Positions 27,011-39,253 of a DNA stretch of 64,000 nt are shown here, piece after piece; within the stretch, counting starts at the first letter, position 1, and every line of letters begins with the position of its first letter. Source of the stretch: Desulfobacterales bacterium (lineage in GTDB: Bacteria > Desulfobacterota > Desulfobacteria > Desulfobacterales > UBA2245); assembly GCA_040771865.1 (NCBI GenBank), contig JAXGZF010000006.1:1-64000 (forward strand), given 5' to 3'. Below the pieces are notes generated by a model. That model made no database searches, was not told the DNA's origin, and saw nothing but the letters and a program-made list of their open reading frames with translations. The position numbers and the translations under genes are program-made.

Positions 27011-28402
27011 GTGGTGTACTCGAAAACGGGTCATCTGCCGCTTTTTATCGAGAAGATGAAATCCGCTGGCCTGCAGCCGGTCGTGATAGAAACTTTTTCC
27101 CATTATTATCAAACCCTTTTGGGTGGTGAAGACGGACTGATCGCGGAAAACAAAATCGTTGCGGCTCAAGCCGATGAGTTCGAAGATGCCGAAAATCTGA
27201 CCGGTTTTGTAGCAGCCGGTCGACGCGCTCTCGACAAGGCCGTCATGATCGTTTTAAACGGTGGTCTGGGCACCAGCATGGGTTTGACCAGGGCCAAATC
27301 CCTGATTCAAGTCCGGGAGGGCAAAACCTTTCTCGACATCATCCTGAAACAGGCGGCCGAAAGCGGCGTCCGGCTTGCATTGATGAACAGCTTCAGCACC
27401 CACGAGGACACCGTTTCAGCGCTTTCGACAATCAGACCCGACCCTTTTCCCTGGCTGTTTCAGCAGCACCGGTTCCCCAAAATACTGCAGCAGACCCTTG
27501 AACCCGCATCCTGGCCCCGGAATCCCGGCCTGGAATGGAACCCGCCCGGACACGGCGATGTATACATTGCCCTGATCACTTCGGGCATTCTGGACGAGCT
27601 TCTGGCATCGGGAATATCGTATGCGTTTATCTGCAATTCCGACAATCTGGGCGCCAGCCTGGATCCGGGGCTGTTGGGATATTTTTCTGAAAAAAACCTC
27701 CCCTTTATGATGGAAGTGACCCGGCGAACGGCATCCGATAAAAAGGGCGGGCACCTGGCACGCTTGCGATCCGGCCGCCTCATTCTGCGGGAAGCGGCCC
27801 AGTGTCCGAAAGAGGATCGAGGTGTTTTTGAGGACATCGATACCCATTGCTTTTTCAACACCAACAATCTCTGGATTCATCTGGGCCATCTCAAGGAACT
27901 GGTGGCGCGCGGGCAAACCATTCATCTTCCCATAATCGTCAATCCCAAAAACCTGGATCCCAGAGACGAAAACAGCCCACTGGTTTACCAGATCGAAACC
28001 GCCATGGGATCGGCCATATCCCTTTTCGAAGGCGCCACGGCCGTTCGTGTTCCACGTTCCCGGTTTTTCCCGGTCAAAACCTGCAGCGAGCTGCTGGCCG
28101 TACAGTCGGATTGTTTTGAATTTTGCGGCAACGGAAGGCTGGCAATCAATCCGAGAAGAACGCTCGATATGATAACGATTCATCTGGACCCGCGGGTTTA
28201 CAGGAAAATAGACGAATACGAAAAGCGGTTTTCACAAGGAGTGCCTTCCCTGATCGACTGCAGAAGCCTGACAATCGAAGGCGATGTGGCTTTTGAAAAA
28301 GACGTGGTTCTTAAAGGCGAAGTGGCGATTCGAAACCGTACACGGTCTCAGGCGGTGATTTCCAGCGGAAGCATCATCGAGGGGGAAAGCGTTTTTTCCT
28401 GA
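27011..28402 (+). CDS. UTP--glucose-1-phosphate uridylyltransferase, eukaryote-like (UGP1) type
   Basis: LNGGLGTSMG, WNPPGHGD, NSDNLGA, KGGHL, FNTNNLW, ETAMG, RFFPVK; GTG start after AGGAGG. Confidence 0.92.
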   Translation: MVYSKTGHLPLFIEKMKSAGLQPVVIETFSHYYQTLLGGEDGLIAENKIVAAQADEFEDAENLTGFVAAGRRALDKAVMIVLNGGLGTSMGLTRAKSLIQVREGKTFLDIILKQAAESGVRLALMNSFSTHEDTVSALSTIRPDPFPWLFQQHRFPKILQQTLEPASWPRNPGLEWNPPGHGDVYIALITSGILDELLASGISYAFICNSDNLGASLDPGLLGYFSEKNLPFMMEVTRRTASDKKGGHLARLRSGRLILREAAQCPKEDRGVFEDIDTHCFFNTNNLWIHLGHLKELVARGQTIHLPIIVNPKNLDPRDENSPLVYQIETAMGSAISLFEGATAVRVPRSRFFPVKTCSELLAVQSDCFEFCGNGRLAINPRRTLDMITIHLDPRVYRKIDEYEKRFSQGVPSLIDCRSLTIEGDVAFEKDVVLKGEVAIRNRTRSQAVISSGSIIEGESVFS

Positions 28403-28407
28403 CCCTC

Positions 28408-29004
28408 TCACTGCCGATAGGCATCATAATAGCGCATCACCCTTTCGACATAATTTTCGGTTTCCGGAATGGGGGGAATCCTCTGATAACGCTCTACCGC
28501 CTTGGGTCCGGCATTGTAGGCGGCCAGGGCCAGGTGGAGCTCTCCGCCGAAACGTTCAATCATCTGCTTGAGGTAACGCGCACCCCCCATGATGTTTTCC
28601 GATGGGTCAAAAGGGTCTTGAATTTGAAGGATTCTGGCCGTTTCCGGCATGATCTGGGTCAAGCCCATCGCACCCTTGGGTGATACCGCATCGGGATTGA
28701 AATCCGATTCCACCTTGATCAGTGCCTTTAAAAGGGAAAATTTCACACCATGCGTTTCGGCCGCCTCATTGATCAAATCATCATACAGGCTGATGACCCG
28801 CTTTTCATGGCCGGAGACTTTTGCTGTATTTTCTCTTAAATACAGACGCCATTGATATCCATTGGTCGGTGCATTGGTAAAGTGAACCACGCCCTGGCTG
28901 TCGATATATTTATATATGTCGGCCCGAGCGGTTCCGTGAAAGGCCATCAAGGGAAAGAAAATGATCCAGACAAAAATTCCAATTCTGAATATGAAGCTAT
29001 TCAT
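28408..29004 (-). CDS. Lytic transglycosylase (SLT domain) with small N-terminal domain
   Basis: ADIYKYIDSQGVVHFTN, VESDFNPDAVSPKGAMGL, ALAAYNAG. Confidence 0.92.
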   Translation of the reverse strand: MNSFIFRIGIFVWIIFFPLMAFHGTARADIYKYIDSQGVVHFTNAPTNGYQWRLYLRENTAKVSGHEKRVISLYDDLINEAAETHGVKFSLLKALIKVESDFNPDAVSPKGAMGLTQIMPETARILQIQDPFDPSENIMGGARYLKQMIERFGGELHLALAAYNAGPKAVERYQRIPPIPETENYVERVMRYYDAYRQ

Positions 29005-29440
29005 AAGATACCCTGGAATTTCGAATGGCGGCTTTTTCGTACTCCCGGTAGGCTTTTAAAACATACCGCGACCCGAACCGGGGGTGGGCATAATAGGAAT
29101 GCCCGTATGTTTTGATCGCCTCGCATATTGACTTAACAATATCATCCTTTTGATTTTCATCAACAAAATTTCGAACCTCTTTTTTTTCAAAAACAGCGGA
29201 TTCACCCAAAGCTTTCCTGATTATTTCGGCATCTTGTCCAAGCAGACCGTCCGAAACGGGTATTCGAATTCGCGTTTTGATCAAAATTTGCCAGCGATCC
29301 GCCGCTATTTTACGCGATTCGTCAAAAATTTCAAGAACAAGGCCATTGGAAAGATTGTGGGACTCCATCAGCGTTTCGGTCATATCGCCATCCTTTTGTT
29401 CGCTATCGTGAAGGTGTTTTGAGTTGATCTCGGTCTTCAA
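28997..29440 (-). CDS. Hypothetical protein
   Basis: Overlaps both neighbours as in an operon; plausible composition. Confidence 0.65.
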   Translation of the reverse strand: MKTEINSKHLHDSEQKDGDMTETLMESHNLSNGLVLEIFDESRKIAADRWQILIKTRIRIPVSDGLLGQDAEIIRKALGESAVFEKKEVRNFVDENQKDDIVKSICEAIKTYGHSYYAHPRFGSRYVLKAYREYEKAAIRNSRVSYE

Positions 29441-32400
29441 AACAGATTGAGCTGCGTAGGGCCGACATCTGCCTTTTTGCTTCCAGCCAAAGACGTCACC
29501 TGTTTTAATTGCGTTTCTATCCGGCAGAGAAAAGGGGAGGGCTCTCTGGAAACCACCGCTCCATTCACCCGGCGCCTGCGGGCGCAGGAGAGGTAAAGCC
29601 GCTCCCGGGCCCGGGTCATGGATACATAAAACAAACGGCGCTCCTCATCGGCATCCGATCGCTCAAAGGGAATCAGGCCGGATTCACAACCTGTCACAAC
29701 AACGACCGGAAATTCAAGCCCCTTTGCCGAATGCATGGTCATCAGTGCCACCTTCTGCGCCCGTTTGTCAAAGGTGTCCGGATCCATCTGAAGACCCAGG
29801 TGAATCAAAAAACCAGGTACATCATGGGCATGGAAGCGCGAGATTTCCAAAACTCTTTTGAAAATCTCCGGAAATTTGTCTGAATCCGTTTGAGTGCCTT
29901 GAAGATGCCGGGCCAGAATGTTCAGTTTTTCCTCCAGAACCTTTCCGGACATATCCTTTTGCATCCTTTCCAGAACCCCAAACCCTTCACTGAGTCCCAT
30001 CTGATCTTTCCGTGGCATATCGGGAATGGGAAACCGTTTTGCTTTAGTCAGGGCCTCGCTCAATTGCAGCTGGCGGCTATGGGCCCAGTGTTTAAAAAAA
30101 CCGTATATTCTGGGCCTCAAGAAAACCAGCTTTTGTGAAATCAGCCGATCTAAATCCGTATATGCCGCACATCCTTCGATAATTTTTAATAAAGAAACCA
30201 GATTGCGAACCCGACTGTCGTCAAACAGTTTTTCCCGGCTGACCACCTGACAGGGAATTCCGCGCTGAACAAAAATTTCCTCCAGAATCCGGCTTTGCCG
30301 CCCGGTCCGATACAGCACGGCAAAATCGGAAAAACCCATGTGCATATTGTTTTCATTCGGATTTATTTTTCCGAAATCAACCGCATCATAACCCGTGCCT
30401 CCCACCAGTTTTTCGATGATCCCGGCCACCTGCACTGCTTCGGATTTCTCGGAGGAAGATTCCAGAATGCCGATCGCCGGATATCCCTTGATTCCGGAGT
30501 AAAGACGAAAATCCGCGCCCTTTCCGTTCGGATGAACCACCTGCCTGGAGGCGTCGAGAATAACCTGGGTGGACCGGTAATTTCGTTCCAGGCGCACGAT
30601 GCGGGCCGAGGGATAATCCTCGACAAACCGCTCGAAATAACGCACATCCGACCCTCTGAAACCATAAATGGCCTGATCCGGATCACCGATAACACTGATG
30701 TTGGCATTTCCCGGACAAAGCGTTTTAATAAAACGGTACTGCGCATAATTAACATCCTGATATTCGTCCACAAATACATATGAAAATCTTTCCCGGCAAG
30801 CCTGTAAAAATTCCGGGGCTCGTTCAAAGCGCCTGACCGCTCTGAACACCAGATCTTCATAATCCAGAAGACGGTTCAGGCATAAAAGATTTTCATAATT
30901 CCGGTACACGGCGGAAATGAACGAACATGCTTGTTCCGGAAAAAGATCCGACAGCGTGTCCTCCGGCCCCTGAAGGCTCTGTTTGGCCAGAATCAGGGCT
31001 TCTAGCATCTGGTCCGCGGATTCAAAACCCTTTACGGCAGCTTCGTTTTCAACCCGCGCCATCGCCTCCCGAACCAGGGTTTTTCGATCCACCTCTTCCA
31101 CCAGAGCAAATGAGGGACAGTCATCCTGAATCATCTGATAAGCGATCGAATGAAACGTGCCGGTCAGCGGCAGTTCCAAATCATTCGGAAGCAGTCGCCG
31201 AAGCCTGTCTTTCATTTCTCCGGCCGCCTGATTGGTAAAAGTGACGGACAGAATTTTATTTGCGGGAACCCCTTTTTGCTGAATCATATAGGCGATCTTG
31301 CGGGTCAGGGTATGGGTTTTTCCCGTACCGGGCCCCGCAATGATAATCATGGGCCCGTCAGTGCACATGACGGCCGCTCTTTGTTCTTCATTCAGATCTT
31401 CGACTGTAAATTCGCGGGGCTGTCCTGACTGTCCGGCTTTCGGGTCACGTTTTTTTGACGCCGGTTTTATGATTTCACGTGAAACATTTGCTTCTTTTTG
31501 AACAGGCATACCGGCCATTAAGAATAAGACACGCTGGCCCATCAGTTTTTCGCGTTCTCCCGGTCCAAATATACATATTTTTCCATAATCCCCGTCATAA
31601 CCGGGCATAATCGACAGTTCCTTTTCCCGAACCCTTCTGATCGCTTCTCCCAGAAGCGGAATGCCGCTTCTGTTCAGCTCGTCTATGGGAATTTTGAGCA
31701 AAACATCCAACTCCGAGCCTGTGTCTGAAATGATCTTACGATAGGCGTTCCGCACCTTGTTGGATACGGAACCCACCTTGAATACTTCCGATAGTATATC
31801 GCAAAGCGGCGCCAGAGAATAATAGGGATGATATTTTTCGGGTCTGCGGCCCTCCTCGTGATCCGCCAGTTCCTCCACGCGGTGCAGCACACCGAGGGTC
31901 AGGGGCTTGCCGCATACCGGGCAGATTCCATGAAGCGCCGCCGTCTGTTTCGGCCAAAGCCGAACATCGCAATTTCTGTGTCCGTCCAGATGATATTTGC
32001 CCTCTTCCGGATAAAATTCCAGGGTTCCGCAAAAATCTTTGCCGGTTTTTAAGGCCTCAAATATGCCTGAATAAGAAAGATCGATATCAAAAAGATTGGC
32101 TTCACGACCCAGTTTGGAAGGGGAATGTGCGTCCGAATTCGAAACCAGGGTAAGCCTGTCCAGATCCGATACACGCCAGTTCATGGCCGGATCCGACGAA
32201 AGCCCGGTTTCGACCGCAAAAATAAAGGAAGTCAGATCTTCGAAACATTCCTTTACCGAATCAAATCCGGACTTGGATCCTAGCAGCGAAAACCACGGCG
32301 TCCAGATATGGGCCGGAATCAGAAATCCCTGATCGCTGGTCTCAATTACCATTTCAAGGAGATCTCTGGCGTCCAACCCCAGAATCGGCCTCCCGTCGGA

Positions 32401-32799
32401 TACGATGTTGCCGATTCTGGAAAGCTTTTGTGAAAAGTGTCTAGCGGATTCCAAATCCGGCACAAAAACAAGGTTATGGTTTTTTCGGGTTTTTTCGTTT
32501 TTTTTATAAATATTTGATATTTCGGTTGATAACAGAAATCGTACGGCTCTTCTGCACCTTTCCGGCACACGCTGATCACAGGAACGAGCGATTTCTTCTT
32601 TTATCTTGAACAACCCTTCTTCAGCCGGCTCAAGTTTGTTCTCTATTTCGCAAAACCAGGCCGGATGGGTAAAATCTCCGGTGCCGACAACGGAAATTCC
32701 CTTGATCTGAGCGGCGATATAAAGGTTTTCCAAGTTCAGATCTTTTGCTGTAGCCCGGGAGTGGCAGGAATGAACATGAAAATCCGCAACAATCTCCAT
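29437..32799 (-). CDS. PHP/Endonuclease Q-like domain fused to a UvrD/PcrA-type helicase
   Basis: ADFHVHS, GTGDFTHP, PAHIWTPW, NSDAHS, GKYHLDGH..C..CPVC; then AGPGTGKT, DEYQD, GDPDQAIY, NYRS, HSAKGLEF, MTRAR. Confidence 0.93.
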   Translation of the reverse strand: MEIVADFHVHSCHSRATAKDLNLENLYIAAQIKGISVVGTGDFTHPAWFCEIENKLEPAEEGLFKIKEEIARSCDQRVPERCRRAVRFLLSTEISNIYKKNEKTRKNHNLVFVPDLESARHFSQKLSRIGNIVSDGRPILGLDARDLLEMVIETSDQGFLIPAHIWTPWFSLLGSKSGFDSVKECFEDLTSFIFAVETGLSSDPAMNWRVSDLDRLTLVSNSDAHSPSKLGREANLFDIDLSYSGIFEALKTGKDFCGTLEFYPEEGKYHLDGHRNCDVRLWPKQTAALHGICPVCGKPLTLGVLHRVEELADHEEGRRPEKYHPYYSLAPLCDILSEVFKVGSVSNKVRNAYRKIISDTGSELDVLLKIPIDELNRSGIPLLGEAIRRVREKELSIMPGYDGDYGKICIFGPGEREKLMGQRVLFLMAGMPVQKEANVSREIIKPASKKRDPKAGQSGQPREFTVEDLNEEQRAAVMCTDGPMIIIAGPGTGKTHTLTRKIAYMIQQKGVPANKILSVTFTNQAAGEMKDRLRRLLPNDLELPLTGTFHSIAYQMIQDDCPSFALVEEVDRKTLVREAMARVENEAAVKGFESADQMLEALILAKQSLQGPEDTLSDLFPEQACSFISAVYRNYENLLCLNRLLDYEDLVFRAVRRFERAPEFLQACRERFSYVFVDEYQDVNYAQYRFIKTLCPGNANISVIGDPDQAIYGFRGSDVRYFERFVEDYPSARIVRLERNYRSTQVILDASRQVVHPNGKGADFRLYSGIKGYPAIGILESSSEKSEAVQVAGIIEKLVGGTGYDAVDFGKINPNENNMHMGFSDFAVLYRTGRQSRILEEIFVQRGIPCQVVSREKLFDDSRVRNLVSLLKIIEGCAAYTDLDRLISQKLVFLRPRIYGFFKHWAHSRQLQLSEALTKAKRFPIPDMPRKDQMGLSEGFGVLERMQKDMSGKVLEEKLNILARHLQGTQTDSDKFPEIFKRVLEISRFHAHDVPGFLIHLGLQMDPDTFDKRAQKVALMTMHSAKGLEFPVVVVTGCESGLIPFERSDADEERRLFYVSMTRARERLYLSCARRRRVNGAVVSREPSPFLCRIETQLKQVTSLAGSKKADVGPTQLNLF

Positions 32800-33159
32800 A
32801 TCGATAAACTCGTCAAAATTGAGTTGAAAAACTGTTCATAAGCAAGGACTTATCGACAAGTTCAAACGGTCCTTGTCTTATATAATCAGCTTCACACAAT
32901 TTGCAAACAGGATTATAAACATAATTCATTGGTTTTTTTTGTTAAAATTTCAATGCGTTGTTTAGTTGTTGGATTTATGGATAACGTTAATTAATATGAT
33001 TCTTTTTCAGATTATTAGAATAAATAAAAGACTTCTTTTATCAGCCCATCGAAAAGGATTAAAGGAAATTTTTCTTGTAATCCACAACCAAAGAGACTAT
33101 ATATATTTAACTTTTTTCTTATTATATACAATATTTTGCGAATTGGAACCTTTTCGGAA
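32800..33159. other. Candidate replication origin (oriC)
   Basis: Very AT-rich intergenic region with six one-mismatch DnaA-box-like 9-mers, upstream of dnaN-gyrB. Confidence 0.55.
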
Positions 33160-33774
33160 ATGGGACTTCTTTCATCCAGCGTTTCTGTATCCCGCTACAA
33201 AGTCAACGGACGGATTGAGAATTCGGTCATTGAAAAAATCATCTTCGGTTTGAAAAAAAACGTCATTCAGGATATTGACGGAGAAGATGCAAACACGGTG
33301 GTCGGGTGGACAGACTTTGATGATCCGTTTCAGCCAAAATTCGAATCATCCTCTCTGATTGTAGGGCCGTACCTCATTTTCTCCATGAGGATGGACAAAA
33401 AAATCATTCCAGCCAAGGTGGTTCAAAAAAACTTCGCAATAGAATGCGCCAAAAGGCTTGTTCATAATGCAAAGGCCTTTCTGAGCCGCAATGAAAAAAA
33501 AGAAATAAAAGAACAGGTTGTCCGCAAGCTTACCTTGCGCATTCCCGCAACGCCGAATGTTTATGACGCAGTCTGGAGCCATGAACAGGAATCACTCTGG
33601 TTGTTCACCCATCTGAAGAGCGCCTGCGAAGCTTTTGAAACCCTGTTTCTTAAAACGTTTGATCTGAGTTTAATTCGTTTATTTCCTTTCACCATGGCGG
33701 ATCTGGTGTCCGGTCTTGAAACCGTCCAGCGCGACACACTTTGCCGGCTGACGCCGACCCGGTTTGTGGGATAG
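33160..33774 (+). CDS. RdgC-like protein
   Basis: GW...F, MRMDKKIIPAKVVQK, EKKEIKEQV...L resemble the RdgC N-terminal region. Confidence 0.65.
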   Translation: MGLLSSSVSVSRYKVNGRIENSVIEKIIFGLKKNVIQDIDGEDANTVVGWTDFDDPFQPKFESSSLIVGPYLIFSMRMDKKIIPAKVVQKNFAIECAKRLVHNAKAFLSRNEKKEIKEQVVRKLTLRIPATPNVYDAVWSHEQESLWLFTHLKSACEAFETLFLKTFDLSLIRLFPFTMADLVSGLETVQRDTLCRLTPTRFVG

Positions 33775-33779
33775 TAACA

Positions 33780-34316
33780 ATGCTTGATGTTTCGGTCTCC
33801 TACAACCGTTATAAATTCATTGGATATGAATTTCTTACGTGGTTATGGTATGTTATCGAAAACGAGAACGATATTTTAAAAGATTCGAAGAACCCCGGCG
33901 CGCAGGTTGAAATCGGAAACCGCATGGTTCTGCAGAACCACCTGACACATACCGTAGAAACCATCACCATCAAAGGAGACGATGCTGGACTTGAAGAAGG
34001 ATACATGGCGCTTCAAAAAGGAGCCGTCGTTACGGAAATCAATCTGACTTACAAATCCGAAGATCTGACCTGGCGTTTCTGTTTAAAAGGAGAAAGCTTG
34101 GGAATTTCCAATCTTAAAACGCCGGATACGTCCCCGATCGAAAAAAAGGAGGATATTGAGGGCGCCATCCTGGAAAAAGGGTATCTTTATGAAAAACTGT
34201 TCTCATTTTTAGACAATACCTTTAATCTTTTCATCGCTCTGAGAATTTCAGAAACCTGGAACACGAAAACGGTATCCAAAATTCAGAATTGGATACGTTC
34301 CAGCGAGCGAAAATAA
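33780..34316 (+). CDS. Conserved hypothetical protein resembling the RdgC C-terminal half
   Basis: FIGYEFLTWLWY, ALQKGAVV; 5 nt after the previous gene. Confidence 0.55.
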   Translation: MLDVSVSYNRYKFIGYEFLTWLWYVIENENDILKDSKNPGAQVEIGNRMVLQNHLTHTVETITIKGDDAGLEEGYMALQKGAVVTEINLTYKSEDLTWRFCLKGESLGISNLKTPDTSPIEKKEDIEGAILEKGYLYEKLFSFLDNTFNLFIALRISETWNTKTVSKIQNWIRSSERK

Positions 34317-34349
34317 ACTGATATTTCAAATTTATAAAGAGATTGACAC

Positions 34350-37864
<3,515 letters not shown>

Positions 37865-37892
37865 TCTGCATTCCGTTTTTTCTGAATGAGTA

Positions 37893-37926
37893 AAAAATCC
37901 CGACATACCATGCGTCGGGATTTTTA
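37893..37926. terminator. Bidirectional terminator after gyrB
   Basis: AAAAATCCCGAC-loop-GTCGGGATTTTT. Confidence 0.85.
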
Positions 37927-38221
37927 TTTGGATTCTGACGGCCTGGAAACAAGTCGCGTTATTAATACACTGTGTTCGTGGTTTTGACAGGGTAGCCGCA
38001 TTTGTCTGGTTTTATTGGAATTTGAATCCGACGGGCCGTGGGAAACAGTTTGCATTGGGTGCCGGACGTATCTTTCCGTGCCGGATGGGATAACAGGTAC
38101 TTGATGAAAATTTTGGGCGGCTGATTTCCAAATACGGTTACCCTCGATGTTTTGACCTGACTGGTTGACAATTTGATGGTTTCGAATTATTTCATAAAAG
38201 TTTTAGCAACGGGAAATAAAC

Positions 38222-38899
38222 ATGAAACAGCTTCACCAGCAGGAAAAAGAACAGTTCAAAAAACTGTTTCAGCAGGAAGATCTGGATAATTTTGAAGACC
38301 GGTTCAAAATTCTCGATATATTTCTGCAAATAGAAAATCATGTAACTCTGGAAGAGTTCATCGATGCCCTTAAAGCGAGGGGGTTCGATTTTCAATACGA
38401 TTTCGTCAAGCAAACCCTTGATATCATGTGCCATTTCGGATTCGCACAGCAAAACCGATTTAATAATGGTACTCTTCGATATGAACACCGGCATCTGGGG
38501 CAGCATCACGATCACATGATTTGCACCCGGTGCGGCCGAATTCTGGAATTCGAGGATTCCGATATGGAGGCGCTTCAGGTACGCATTTCCCGGAGGTACG
38601 ATTTTCATATTCTTCAGCACAAGATGGAGTTTTACGGGCTTTGTTCTCAATGTTTACCCAAACAGACGATATCCATCCCCCTGGTGATGTGCAAACAGGG
38701 CCAGCGTCTGATTATCAGGGAGTTTACCGGGGGAACGGCGACGCGACTTCGAATGAGTACCATGGGATTGCGGGTGGGGGATGAAATAGAGGTGATTACC
38801 AATTCGAGCAAGGGTCAGGTGGTAATCGCCGCAGACCGAACGCGGCTTGCGCTTGGAAGAGGGCTCGCAGAGAAAATACAGGTCGAAGCGGTTCAATAA
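38222..38899 (+). CDS. Fur-family regulator fused to a C-terminal FeoA domain
   Basis: HHDHMICTRCG and YGLCSQC (Fur), followed by RLRMSTMGLRVG...RLALGRGLAEKI (FeoA). Confidence 0.9.
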   Translation: MKQLHQQEKEQFKKLFQQEDLDNFEDRFKILDIFLQIENHVTLEEFIDALKARGFDFQYDFVKQTLDIMCHFGFAQQNRFNNGTLRYEHRHLGQHHDHMICTRCGRILEFEDSDMEALQVRISRRYDFHILQHKMEFYGLCSQCLPKQTISIPLVMCKQGQRLIIREFTGGTATRLRMSTMGLRVGDEIEVITNSSKGQVVIAADRTRLALGRGLAEKIQVEAVQ

Positions 38900-38918
38900 A
38901 CAGGAACGAGCGGAAAAC

Positions 38919-39152
38919 ATGGAATTGACTTTAAGCGGAATGAAAGAGGGCAGCAAAGCAAGAATCGTTCACGTAGGTTCCACCGGTGCTCTGAGAAGAA
39001 GGCTTCTGGAGATGGGTCTTCAGAAAGGAACGGAAATTTATGTGGAAAAATACGCTCCGCTGAAAGACCCCCTCGAGCTGATCGTCAAGGGATATCATAT
39101 TTCCCTGCGCGTAGAAGAAGCCCATCATATTCATGTTGAGCTGATCGAATAG
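38919..39152 (+). CDS. feoA: Ferrous iron transport protein A
   Basis: RRRLLEMG, APLKDP, ISLRVEEA. Confidence 0.94.
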   Translation: MELTLSGMKEGSKARIVHVGSTGALRRRLLEMGLQKGTEIYVEKYAPLKDPLELIVKGYHISLRVEEAHHIHVELIE

Positions 39153-39253
39153 GTTCCGGATTCTTTCATCCAACTGGCGCCAAGACGGGCGTCGGCATCC
39201 TCATTGCTTTAAAGAGCTCGGCAAACCCTTCGGAAAGTTTTTTGAGTCATTTA

